Part shown: positions 38,630 through 47,836 of the stretch, piece after piece | How the letters are laid out: each line of letters begins with the position of its first letter | How positions within the stretch are numbered: position 1 is the first letter of the stretch | Assembly (NCBI GenBank): GCA_965226495.1 | Contig: OZ245365.1 | Coordinates: 5,824,001-5,888,000 of the forward strand | Reading direction: 5' to 3' | Length of the DNA stretch: 64,000 bases | Origin: Candidatus Marinacidobacterales bacterium | GTDB taxonomy: Bacteria; Acidobacteriota; Vicinamibacteria; Marinacidobacterales; DATDRI01 | Notes under the pieces: model-generated | What the model was told of the DNA's origin: nothing | Seen by the model: only the letters and a program-made list of their open reading frames with translations | Databases searched by the model: none | Translations under genes and position numbers: made by a program

Positions 38630-39682
38630 TCAACGATCTCGGTAGTAGGATTCGATGGCGGTTTTGCTGACCTCGATGTATTGCCGGAGTCCTTCGCTCG
38701 CCCCTTCTTCGGCCGCCTTGCGAATCAGCCCCCCGAAGAATCCGCCGAGCTCACCCGAGCGGAAACGACTCACGGTAACTAAATAGAAGCTTTCGTGGTT
38801 CGTGTCGCCGTCGTTCTGGACGAGGAAACGGAGATCCAGCCCAGTGTGGAAGTACCGGCTGAAATAAAGCTGCTTCGAAGAAATTACGGCAGAGGCATTG
38901 TCCCCTGTTTCGGGCTGGTAGATGGTTACATGGCTGAGCCTAAGCACGGGTTCCAAACCGAAATCGTTGAGAGCCCAATAGAGGAAGTCGTCGGTGGATC
39001 CCGCAAGCTCCATCTTCGGGTATTCGAGGAGATACTCGTGCAGCTCCGGGATGTAACTCAGAATGTAGGGGGAGTTCTCGAGCAGTCCCTCGAACTCTTC
39101 CCGAACCAAGGTCGGTTTTTTCTTGTCGCGGTCGACTCCCAGCGCCTGGTTGCCGCCCTTGCTGTAAGCGTTTGCGAACTGTAACGCGAGCTCGCGGACG
39201 ATAGCCATCGCTTGCTGGTGCGCCTGCGGGCTCGTCCAGTTCACCTCGGTCTGAAAACGCGCGATGGCCTCCTCACCGAGCTTGAGCTCGCAATCGCCGA
39301 CGCGACATTCGGCTAAGTCCTCCAAGTCTTTATCGGGCAGGGTTAGAAGGGCGAAATCCTCTGCACCAGGGGGATCGCTTAACTTTCTCAAAGGACCCAG
39401 CCCGCTTTCGAAGCGCTCGATGTCCCGGTACATCCTCAGGAAGAACGCGGTGGAAGCCTTGAAAAGACCGACCCCCACTATGGTGACTTCCTCCTTCGAG
39501 GGAGTGCGGACCGTCTTCACGATCACGCTTCCCTGATCGATCGCTCGAAGTTCTTCCTCGGAAAAACCCGCGTGCGTCTTCAGGAAAGTGTGCGGCTCTT
39601 CCCCCGTTTGAGCCGCTGCACTTCCTGTGGCGGACATCCAAACGACCAGGCTTAGGCTTCGGAGGAGGCGTCGTCGTAGCAT
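38630..39682 (-). CDS. Exported hypothetical protein
   Basis: RBS gaaggag, signal peptide ..AAAQ, FLYW...FGLEP, KQLYFSRYF. Confidence 0.75.
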   Translation of the reverse strand: MLRRRLLRSLSLVVWMSATGSAAAQTGEEPHTFLKTHAGFSEEELRAIDQGSVIVKTVRTPSKEEVTIVGVGLFKASTAFFLRMYRDIERFESGLGPLRKLSDPPGAEDFALLTLPDKDLEDLAECRVGDCELKLGEEAIARFQTEVNWTSPQAHQQAMAIVRELALQFANAYSKGGNQALGVDRDKKKPTLVREEFEGLLENSPYILSYIPELHEYLLEYPKMELAGSTDDFLYWALNDFGLEPVLRLSHVTIYQPETGDNASAVISSKQLYFSRYFHTGLDLRFLVQNDGDTNHESFYLVTVSRFRSGELGGFFGGLIRKAAEEGASEGLRQYIEVSKTAIESYYRDR

Positions 39683-39939
39683 GGGTCTCCTTCTATAGGG
39701 TGTTGAGGGTGAGAGCGCAAGTCTAATACCGCGGATCCACGCCAGGAAGATGGATACCATCTCAATTTAAGGTCGTTAACCTACTTAAATTAAATAGGTT
39801 ACACTCATCGACGAATCCCAGATTGAGAACCAGTATTTTTCCGGGTTCCCCTAACCGGCCTGACAATGTAAAACTCCTTGCCGAGTACTCATGAGGGGGG
39901 ATTTGAAGATAAGCTGCGTTTTATGATTGGCTGACGTCC

Positions 39940-42108
39940 ATGGGTCTACTCATCATCGCCCAGTTCATCGCCGTGGGGGCCCTGGCGACGGTCGGCCTCT
40001 CCCACGCCTTCATCTACGCGCGGCAGCCCGGGCCCAAGGTGCATCTTCTCTTCGCCCTCACCGCGTTTGGCTCCGCGGCCAACGCCGTCGCGGAGGTGTT
40101 TTTTTACCAATCCGTTACGGTGGCAGCTTTCAACCCGGCCTTCAAGTGGTCCAACAGCATCAATGCCTTTTGGTTCATCGCGCTCGTTGGATTCGTGGTG
40201 GTCTACACCGGGGGATGGCCGGCTCGGCGCCGACCCGCGTTTGCCTTGGCCACTATTTTCGTCTTCGCCGCGGTGGCCAACACTCTCTTGCCGTACGGCT
40301 TCCTCTACCAAGACATCACGGGGTTGAGGGAGGTTGTCCTTCCCTGGGGCGAGTCCTTCGTAACCGCGGTGGGAACGACCAGTCTGCGCAGGGTCTTCAC
40401 GGATCTGGCGTTCATCGGCGTCATCGCCCTTACGTTTGAGGGCACGGTGAGGCTCTGGCGGCGAGGGGACCGCCGCAGCGCCTGGTTCCTCGGCGGCAGC
40501 CTCTTGCTCTACCTTGTTCTGTTGCTGGTGACCGGCATCGTCGTCGACTTGGGGTTGGTGGAGATCCCGTATCTATACACGTTCGGTTATGTCGCGGTTG
40601 CCTTGGCGATGAGTTACCAGTTGGCCGGCGATGTGGCACGTGCATCGAGGTTGGCAGCAGAAGTGAAGTCTAATGAACGACGTTGGCGCTCGCTTCTCGA
40701 GAACGTGGAGATGCTCGTCGCGGGGGTGAACCGCGAGGGGCGCATCGATTACGTCAACCCGTACTTCACGGAAGTAAGCGGATTTTCATCGGTAGAGCTC
40801 ATCGGCAAGCCGATTGCGGAGTTGTTGCCCGAGCAGGACAAAGAGCTGCTGCTTGCCTTTCAAGAGGCTTTGGAGGGTCGGGTCCGTCCGCTCCAGGAAG
40901 CATCGTTGACGACGAAGAGTGGAGACGAGCGTCGAGTTATCTGGAGGAGCGTGGCTCTCAGAGAGCCACGCGGTGAAATCGCCGGCACGCTGAGCATCGG
41001 GGCGGATGTCACAGAGCGACGCAAGGCCGAAGCGGCGAGGGATCGAGCCTTGAACGACGCACAGAAAGCGCTCGAGGAAGTCGAGTCCCTGAAACGGAGA
41101 TTGGAAGAAGAAGTTATCTACTTAAAGAGCGAGATAACGACCATTGGACACTTCGACACGATCGTGGGAGAGAGCGATGCGATCCAGTATGTGCTTCAGA
41201 AAATCGAAGAAGTAGCGCCACTGGATACCACCGTCTTGATCGAGGGCGAGACCGGCGTTGGAAAGGAGCTGGTGGCTCGGGCGATCCACGAGCACAGCCC
41301 GCGACGGCAGCGGTCGTTGGTCAAGGTCAACTGCGCCGCACTTCCCGCGAACCTCATCGAGGCGGAGCTCTTTGGGCATGAGCGCGGGGCCTTTACCGGC
41401 GCTGTGAGGTTACGTAAAGGACGTTTCGAGCTGGCAAACGGTGGCACGCTCTTTCTCGACGAGATCGGTGAGCTTCCACTCGATCTTCAGGGCAAGCTCT
41501 TGAGAGTCCTAGAGGGAGGTGAGCTCGAGCGAGTGGGCGGCGAAGCGACGATCCAAGTTGACGTCCGCGTGTTAGCCGCCACCAATCGTAACTTGAAAGA
41601 GGAAGTCGATGCGGGTCGCTTCCGTGAGGACCTCTTCTATCGTTTGCACGTCTATCCGATTACCGTGCCTACCTTGCGACAGCGAAAGGATGACGTCCTG
41701 CTGCTCGTGAACTCATTTGTTCGGCGATTGGCCCGAGCGCAAGGTAAGCAGATCGATCAAATTCCCCAACCCGTACTGGACGAACTCGTTCGCTACGACT
41801 GGCCGGGAAACGTAAGGGAATTGGAGAACGTCATCGAACGCGCGGTGGTCACGACGCGTGACAACAAGCTTCACCTGGCGGCGCCGCTGACCCCGACTGC
41901 TGTACCAGCGGTCGAGGACGGTGCCCCGGCGACTTACCGAGGAAGTCTGGAGCACGTCGAGCGAGACTACATCGGCCGTGTCCTGGAGCTCAGCGATTGG
42001 CGCATCGAAGGGAATGAAGGAGCGGCCGAGCTCCTCGGACTTCATCCCAATACATTGCGATTCCGGATGCGAAAGCTCGGGATCAAACGGCCTTCCAAGC
42101 CGGCCTAA
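39940..42108 (+). CDS. One-component sigma54 enhancer-binding protein: multi-TM sensor + PAS + AAA+ + HTH
   Basis: About seven TM helices, PAS (YVNP..GFS..ELIG..DVTERR), GETGVGKE, GAFTGA, WPGNVREL, HTH. Confidence 0.9.
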   Translation: MGLLIIAQFIAVGALATVGLSHAFIYARQPGPKVHLLFALTAFGSAANAVAEVFFYQSVTVAAFNPAFKWSNSINAFWFIALVGFVVVYTGGWPARRRPAFALATIFVFAAVANTLLPYGFLYQDITGLREVVLPWGESFVTAVGTTSLRRVFTDLAFIGVIALTFEGTVRLWRRGDRRSAWFLGGSLLLYLVLLLVTGIVVDLGLVEIPYLYTFGYVAVALAMSYQLAGDVARASRLAAEVKSNERRWRSLLENVEMLVAGVNREGRIDYVNPYFTEVSGFSSVELIGKPIAELLPEQDKELLLAFQEALEGRVRPLQEASLTTKSGDERRVIWRSVALREPRGEIAGTLSIGADVTERRKAEAARDRALNDAQKALEEVESLKRRLEEEVIYLKSEITTIGHFDTIVGESDAIQYVLQKIEEVAPLDTTVLIEGETGVGKELVARAIHEHSPRRQRSLVKVNCAALPANLIEAELFGHERGAFTGAVRLRKGRFELANGGTLFLDEIGELPLDLQGKLLRVLEGGELERVGGEATIQVDVRVLAATNRNLKEEVDAGRFREDLFYRLHVYPITVPTLRQRKDDVLLLVNSFVRRLARAQGKQIDQIPQPVLDELVRYDWPGNVRELENVIERAVVTTRDNKLHLAAPLTPTAVPAVEDGAPATYRGSLEHVERDYIGRVLELSDWRIEGNEGAAELLGLHPNTLRFRMRKLGIKRPSKPA

Positions 42109-42134
42109 CCGGGCTTCCGGGGCCCTCACGATAC

Positions 42135-42189
42135 CCACAGCATTTCGTGGACCCACGGAATGTTGTGGTTTTTGGGCCACCTTTTGTGG
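42135..42189. promoter_or_regulatory. Candidate upstream activator sequences
   Basis: CCAC-N8-GTGG twice (42135-50, 42153-68) plus CCAC-N5-GTGG (42177-89). Confidence 0.6.
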
Positions 42190-42265
42190 CTCGGTGATCC
42201 GCGCTCACGCGCCATAATGTGATGAAAAGAGTGAGTTTAGAGGAGGGTAACTCGTGAACCGAGAA

Positions 42266-42281
42266 TTGGCAGAGATCGTGC
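42266..42281 (+). promoter_or_regulatory. Sigma54 -24/-12 promoter of the sulfatase cluster
   Basis: TTGGCAGAGATCGTGC, exact GG-N10-GC, about 100 bp downstream of the palindromes. Confidence 0.65.
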
Positions 42282-42343
42282 CCATAGGACGAGCGGGTCG
42301 GCGGTCGAAACGTCGGCCGCGAGCGAGGGGGCAAAGCAAGTCG

Positions 42344-42664
42344 ATGTGGGCATTGAGGCTAATGGTGAGGGTTCCACCGAACAAACGCCAGGAGTTGACG
42401 CAGGCACTTAGTTCCTTCATCGCCGAGAGGGAGGAGCGGCCGTTCCGCCGTTTCATCATGCAGGACGTGAGCGACGAGAACCTGATTTGCTGGATAGGCG
42501 ATTGGCGAAGTCAGGAATCACTCGAGCGTTTCTTGAGCTCGGAGACCTACCGTGCCCTCAAGGGTGCCGGCCAGGTCCTCGGTACACTCGAGGAGGTCCA
42601 GCTGGTGGAGTCTCGGAGCATTCCTTTTTCCAACGGGGGCGGGGAGCGGGAGCATTGTGTATAG
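42344..42664 (+). CDS. ABM (antibiotic biosynthesis monooxygenase)-like small protein
   Basis: VRVPPNKRQELTQAL...QD......W.SQESLERFL.S pattern of dimeric alpha-beta barrels. Confidence 0.6.
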   Translation: MWALRLMVRVPPNKRQELTQALSSFIAEREERPFRRFIMQDVSDENLICWIGDWRSQESLERFLSSETYRALKGAGQVLGTLEEVQLVESRSIPFSNGGGEREHCV

Positions 42665-42709
42665 GAACGCACCGGTCGATGGGTCGGTAGATCACGCACA
42701 GGGAGACAG

Positions 42710-43587
42710 ATGATGCAGGCAAAGTTGTTCGGCTCACTCACCACCACACTCGGATTCGCAACCGCATTCGTGACGTTGACGTTACTCGCCACACCCGCGG
42801 TGGCGCAGGAGGGTAGCACCGCAAAGCCGGCAAAGGAAGACCTGGAGTCCGCCCAGCAAAAGGCCCTCGACTCTACCGCGACGCAGTGGAGCTTCCAGTT
42901 CTCCTACCAGGCGATGCCCGACTACCACCAGGACACTCTGGACAACGGTGAGACGCGGCCTGCTGGCGCGACGGACTACATCCAGGCTCGCATCGTGGCG
43001 CCGGTGCCGCTCAAGAGCCTTACCATTCTCCCCCGGCTGACGTTCCGCCACTACGAGAATGCCAAGGGACAGTTCGGTCTAGGTAACACCGAGCTCTTCG
43101 CGCTCATCATCCCGAATGCGCTCAACTGGGGATCCGGACGAGCCGGCGTCGGTCCGCTCGTCACCTTCCCGGGTAACAAGGACGTGGCGCGGGACGAGTG
43201 GGGCTACGGCTTCGCCGCGGCGGTGGTGAACGGCAGCGGCCCCTGGTTCTATGGGCTGCTCTTTACTCAGTCGTGGCAGTCCATCGACCCCACCGCACTT
43301 CCGCCGGGCAAGTCGGATACCAATCCTCTCGGCATCGCTCCCTTCCTGAACTTCCAGTTCGGGGCGGGTGGTACATCGGAAACGGGGACATGGTCGCTCT
43401 CTACGACTGGGACTCCAACAAGTTCTACCTTCCGGTCGGCGTTCGCTTCGGCAAGGTCATCGTCAAAGAGAAGGGGAGCTGGAATATCTACGGGGAATAC
43501 CAGACGAGCTTGATCTAGAAGAGCTATCCGGGACCCGCGGTCAAGAACTCGTACCGCGTTAACGTCAGCTACACGATGCCTATATAG
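42710..43587 (+). pseudogene. Outer-membrane beta-barrel protein, frameshifted (~43362) with in-frame TAG (43516)
   Basis: Signal peptide; GLGNTE, GVGPLVTFP; continues in another frame as GWYIGNGD...YLPVGVRFGK...SLI*KSYPGP...VSYTMPI*. Confidence 0.65.
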
Positions 43588-43672
43588 TTACTAGTTTCTC
43601 AGGAGGTAATGCACCATGAACAAGGTCGCCCACGTGTTTTCGTTGCAACTGCTCGATCTGAAAGGAGTTTCC

Positions 43673-45211
43673 ATGAAAAGCAAGCAGTACGTTCTTGGTC
43701 TTACGTTGATGGTTCTCGCGAGTTTCGTTGCGACGCCCGTCTTCGCCCAAGACAAGCCCAACATCCTCGTCATCTGGGGTGACGACATTGGGTGGTCCAA
43801 CATCAGCGCCTACAACGATGGGATGATGGGCTATCGTACGCCGAATATCGACAGCATCGCCGAGCAAGGCATGCGTTTTACCGATGCCTATGGTGAGAAC
43901 AGCTGTACCGCGGGCCGCGCCGCTTTCATCACCGGCCAGAGCCCCTATCGCACGGGGCTTCTCAAAGTAGGCCTTCCCGGTGCCCCCGAGGGCATGAGTG
44001 ACCAGGACCCAACCATCGCTACTCTCCTCAAGGGCCAGGGCTACGTGACCGGCCAATTTGGCAAGAACCACCTGGGGGATCGAGACGAGCACCTCCCCAC
44101 GAACCACGGCTTCGACGAGTTCTTCGGGAACCTTTACCACCTCAACGCGGAAGAGGAGCCTGAGCAACCCGATTATCCGAAGGACCCCGAGTTCAGGAAG
44201 CGTTTCGGTCCCCGAGGCGTGATTCACTCCTACGCCGACGGCCGTATCGAGGACACGGGATCGCTTACCCGCAAGCGAATGGAAACCGTCGATGGGGAAT
44301 TCCTCGACGCCGCGCTCGGCTTCATCGACAAGGCGCAGGCGAACAGCGAGCCGTTTTTCGTCTGGTTCAACTCCACTCGGATGCACATCTGGACGCACCT
44401 GAAACCGGAGTCGGAGGGGGTGACCGGCCAGGGCATCTTTGCGGACGGCATGGTGGAGCACGACGGCCACGTCGGACAGTTGCTCGCCAAGCTCGACGAG
44501 TTGGGCATCTCCAACAACACGATCGTCATGTACTCCACCGACAATGGCGCAGAAGCGATGTCCTGGCCCGATGGAGGCACGTTGCCTTTCAAAGGCGAGA
44601 AGAACACCACCTGGGAGGGCGGCTTCCGCGTGCCCATGATGGTGCGTTGGCCGGGCAAGATCGCCGCGGGCCAAGTCTCCAATGAGATCATTTCGCAGCA
44701 GGATTGGATGCCGACCCTCTTGGCAGCCGCTGGGCAAACGAACGTCAAGCAGGAGCTTCTCGACGGCGCGACCATCAATGGGAAGCAATACAAAGTCCAC
44801 CTCGACGGATACAACTTCCTGCCCTACTTTACCGGTCAAGAGGACAAGGGCCCCCGCGAGGCGTTCTACTACTTCACGGACGACGGGTCGCTATCGGCAT
44901 TTCGCTACAACGATTGGAAGATGAACTTCACCGTCCAACGCGCCCACGGCATCGAGGTTTGGTCGGAGCCCTTCGTCTCATTGCGCGTGCCGTTGGTCCA
45001 GAACCTGCGTATGGACCCCTTCGAACGAGCCGCTGACGAATCTATCCTCTACGAAAAGTGGGGCGCCGATCACATGTGGGTTCTGGTGCCGGCCCAGGCC
45101 TTTGTCCGGGATTTCCTGATGACGTTCCAGCAGTTTCCGCCTCGCCAGAAGCCGGGCAGTTTCTCGCTGGACCGGGTTTTGGAAGAGTTGGCGCAAGGGC
45201 AGCCGAAATAG
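43673..45211 (+). CDS. Exported Cys-type arylsulfatase
   Basis: Signal peptide, PNILVIWGDDIG, CTAGR (CxAxR), GKNHLG, TDNG; RBS aaggag. Confidence 0.92.
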   Translation: MKSKQYVLGLTLMVLASFVATPVFAQDKPNILVIWGDDIGWSNISAYNDGMMGYRTPNIDSIAEQGMRFTDAYGENSCTAGRAAFITGQSPYRTGLLKVGLPGAPEGMSDQDPTIATLLKGQGYVTGQFGKNHLGDRDEHLPTNHGFDEFFGNLYHLNAEEEPEQPDYPKDPEFRKRFGPRGVIHSYADGRIEDTGSLTRKRMETVDGEFLDAALGFIDKAQANSEPFFVWFNSTRMHIWTHLKPESEGVTGQGIFADGMVEHDGHVGQLLAKLDELGISNNTIVMYSTDNGAEAMSWPDGGTLPFKGEKNTTWEGGFRVPMMVRWPGKIAAGQVSNEIISQQDWMPTLLAAAGQTNVKQELLDGATINGKQYKVHLDGYNFLPYFTGQEDKGPREAFYYFTDDGSLSAFRYNDWKMNFTVQRAHGIEVWSEPFVSLRVPLVQNLRMDPFERAADESILYEKWGADHMWVLVPAQAFVRDFLMTFQQFPPRQKPGSFSLDRVLEELAQGQPK

Positions 45212-45261
45212 TTACAACGCCGTTGCCACTAGGCACCTCGTTTACCAAGGAGCGAGTCATA

Positions 45262-46098
45262 ATGAAATGCACATGGCAAAAGGCATCGAGGATCGCGCTC
45301 ATTGCGCTCGTACTGTTGGGCGTTGATACCGCTGCCGGGGCGCAAGGAGCCGAGACCGAAGCGCAAGAGTCGAGCTCCAACGGATTTCGTCTCGGCTCAC
45401 AGCGAACGTGGCTGTTTCGTAGCTTCTTGAAGGACGACGGCGACGATGCCGACACCCTCGGTCTCGAGTTCGAGAGCTACTTGAGCCTGGGAAACGTCGA
45501 GATCAAGAACATCAGCTATTTCGAGGTCAACTCCTACCCGCGTGCGATTCCGGGCCAACCGCCAGGTAATCCCATACCTGGTACGGAGGCCGCCAACGGC
45601 ATCAATGATCTTCTCACGGCTTTTTGGTTTTCGAAAAAAAGCCCACACCACGGAAAGCACCATTTTGCGCCCGGCGTGGCGATGCAATTCCCGACCGCAA
45701 CGGATGACACTCTGGGCAGCGGCAAGTGGTCGATCGGTCCCAGCTTCGACTACGAATATGAGAGCGGGAGGGTCTTCGCGGGCGCCATTGCGCTTCAGAA
45801 CTGGTCGTTCGCAGGAGAGTCGGCGCGCAAAGACGTCAACATGTTGATGATCAAGCCCTTCTTCGTGTACAAGCTCACCGATAAATGGGACCTGCTCTAC
45901 ATGCCTTATGGCGTGTCCGTTTATTGGAACAAGGCCCCGGGTGAGAAGGTGTATCTTCCATTGGGAGGAGGGGCTCAGCGGCACTTCCAGCTCGGCTCGC
46001 TGCAGATGAATCTGGGCCTGCAGCTTTTCAAGAACGTCGTACGGCCCACGAAAGGAACCGTTTACGACCTGCGCGGACTGGTGGAGTTTGTCTTTTGA
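45262..46098 (+). CDS. Outer-membrane beta-barrel (MetA-pathway/'neuromedin U'-annotated type)
   Basis: Signal peptide, FPTATDDTLGSGKWSIGP, YLPLGGG, C-terminal FVF. Confidence 0.7.
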   Translation: MKCTWQKASRIALIALVLLGVDTAAGAQGAETEAQESSSNGFRLGSQRTWLFRSFLKDDGDDADTLGLEFESYLSLGNVEIKNISYFEVNSYPRAIPGQPPGNPIPGTEAANGINDLLTAFWFSKKSPHHGKHHFAPGVAMQFPTATDDTLGSGKWSIGPSFDYEYESGRVFAGAIALQNWSFAGESARKDVNMLMIKPFFVYKLTDKWDLLYMPYGVSVYWNKAPGEKVYLPLGGGAQRHFQLGSLQMNLGLQLFKNVVRPTKGTVYDLRGLVEFVF

Positions 46099-46112
46099 GG
46101 GAAGAAGAGGGC

Positions 46113-46922
46113 ATGCACTCTGCGAGCGTACTCGTATCGACTCTGGGGCTTCTCCTGTTATGGCTTGGCCGCGCATCAGCGGCAGCGGAGGAACCATCTC
46201 GTCCACCAAAGTATTTCTTGTTGCCGATCGAGTTCGATTTCGACCGGGGCGCCGGAAACGGCGACGCCATGATCAGCCGGCTACTCCCGGTCAACTCGAT
46301 CCCTGTCAGCGACAAATGGAGATTGATGAACATTGCCATCGTCACGCTCGCGAATGCACCCGGCGGGGTGCCGGGGCGCCCGGGCAACCCGGACCCAGTT
46401 CCCGGCGACACGGTCTTCGGGCTCTCCGATTTCGCCGACGCGATCCTCATCACTCCGAACAAAGCGAGAGGAGCTTTGTGGGGTGTCGGTGCGTTGCTCG
46501 GCTTCCCCACTGCTACCGACGGCGCGCTCGGGAGCGGTAAGTGGTCGGCGGGGCCGGCGGTGCGCATCGCTCATCAGTCAGGACCCTGGCGTTTTGCACT
46601 GCTCGCCGGGACTCGATGGTCCTTCGCCGGGGACGAAGGGCGTGCGGACATCAGTCAGCTGATGATGCGAGGGCTGGTCAGACGCCGTCTCCCGAACAAC
46701 TGGTTCTTCGTCTACTCCCCCATCATTACCGCAAACTGGAACGCGAGCTCCGGTCAGAAGTGGCTCGTACCGCTCGGTGGTGGTATTGGCAAGCGGTTCC
46801 CGTTCAAGACGACGTCGGTCAACGTTTCTTTTCAAGCGTATGTAAACGCGGTCAAACCGGACGGCGCCCCGGACACCGTATTCCGGATCGCTTTTGTGGT
46901 TCCTTTCGTGTTCCGGGAGTAG
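46113..46922 (+). CDS. Outer-membrane beta-barrel, paralog of the preceding gene
   Basis: FGLSD, FPTATDGALGSGKWSAGP, PIITANW, VPLGGGIGK. Confidence 0.72.
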   Translation: MHSASVLVSTLGLLLLWLGRASAAAEEPSRPPKYFLLPIEFDFDRGAGNGDAMISRLLPVNSIPVSDKWRLMNIAIVTLANAPGGVPGRPGNPDPVPGDTVFGLSDFADAILITPNKARGALWGVGALLGFPTATDGALGSGKWSAGPAVRIAHQSGPWRFALLAGTRWSFAGDEGRADISQLMMRGLVRRRLPNNWFFVYSPIITANWNASSGQKWLVPLGGGIGKRFPFKTTSVNVSFQAYVNAVKPDGAPDTVFRIAFVVPFVFRE

Positions 46923-46959
46923 CTAGGTCGAACTTTGTACCTAGGCGAGGTATGGCGAA

Positions 46960-47263
46960 TTGAGTGAGTCTTTTTGTGCCTTGAGATTGATGGTGCGAGT
47001 ACGGTCTAACAAACGTCAGGAGCTGATCCAGGCCCTCAGTTCCTTCGTTGCGGAACAGACCGTGAAGCCGGTTCGCCGATTGATCTTGCAAGATCTGAGC
47101 GACGATGGCCTCATTTGCTGGATGGGAGATTGGCACAGTCGAGAAGCACTGAACCGATTCTTGCGCTCTCAGACCTACCACGCTATCAAAGGGGCTGCCC
47201 AGGTGTTGGGTCAGTTCGAAGAGGTACGGTTCATCGAGTGTCCTTCGGAAAGCGGGTTTGACC
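46960..47263 (+). CDS. Second ABM-like protein (paralog of 42344-42664), 3' end joined to a sulfatase remnant
   Basis: ALRLMVRVRSNKRQELIQALSSF...LICWMGDW.S...KGAAQVLG; ORF reads on to 47388 in unrelated sequence. Confidence 0.6.
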
Positions 47264-47622
47264 GGCTGGCCCGCGCTCGTGAACCTCCGCGCCGATTCGT
47301 ACGAGCAGGCCATGTTCGAGGGGGACATGAGGTTACCTGCGTTGGTATGCCGACAACATGTGGATCTTCGTTCCCGTACAGGGGTTGATCAAGGAGTTCC
47401 TAGTGACGATCCCGGACTATCCCTTCCAGGAGGGTAGCAGCCTGAACGCCGCGGGGATCAATTACCAGACCCTCAAGGCGATGGATGCACTCAAGCGGCT
47501 TAAGGAGTTGGAGACCATCGCGAGGCCGAACAACTGATCTGGGAGATATGAGAAGCCATGGAAGCTTCAGTGTGGACAAGATCATCCAGCAGCTGGAAGC
47601 CACACGCGCCGGTAGCAAGTAG
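47264..47622 (+). pseudogene. Two arylsulfatase C-terminal remnants
   Basis: GWPALVNLRADSYEQA..[frameshift]YLRWYADNMWIFVPVQ..KEFL.. resembles NLRMDPFERA..KWGADHMWVLVPAQ of the intact sulfatase; GSFSVDKIIQQLE (47561-47622) resembles its GSFSLDRVLEEL. Confidence 0.7.
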
Positions 47623-47677
47623 CGCATCGTCACCCGATAAGGTAGCCGTGAGACTTGCCGAGGGACGCGACGCCTCT

Positions 47678-47710
47678 GCAAGACCGGCCCCCCCATGGGG
47701 CCGGTCTTGC
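47678..47710. terminator. Strong GC hairpin after the sulfatase remnants
   Basis: gcaagaccggcccc / ggggccggtcttgc 14-bp stem; no U tract. Confidence 0.5.
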
Positions 47711-47836
47711 GGTGTAACGAGCGGAGGTTTTGTCGATGCGCTGACCGTGTGGTACGAATAGGGTTTCCGAAGTCGGGTTCTTTTCAATTCGTTGAGAAAA
47801 AATGGACGCGCGCCGACAAGATAAGGACGTAAGCGA

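Noticed and set aside
43516-43518. In-frame TAG as pyrrolysine or stop-codon reassignment
   Set aside because: TAG ends many intact genes in this window and the same gene also has a frameshift; mutation or error is simpler
43580-44839. 419-aa antisense ORF, and similar long antisense ORFs (20537-21589, 50592-51494)
   Set aside because: Shadow frames of well-supported genes, expected in GC-rich DNA
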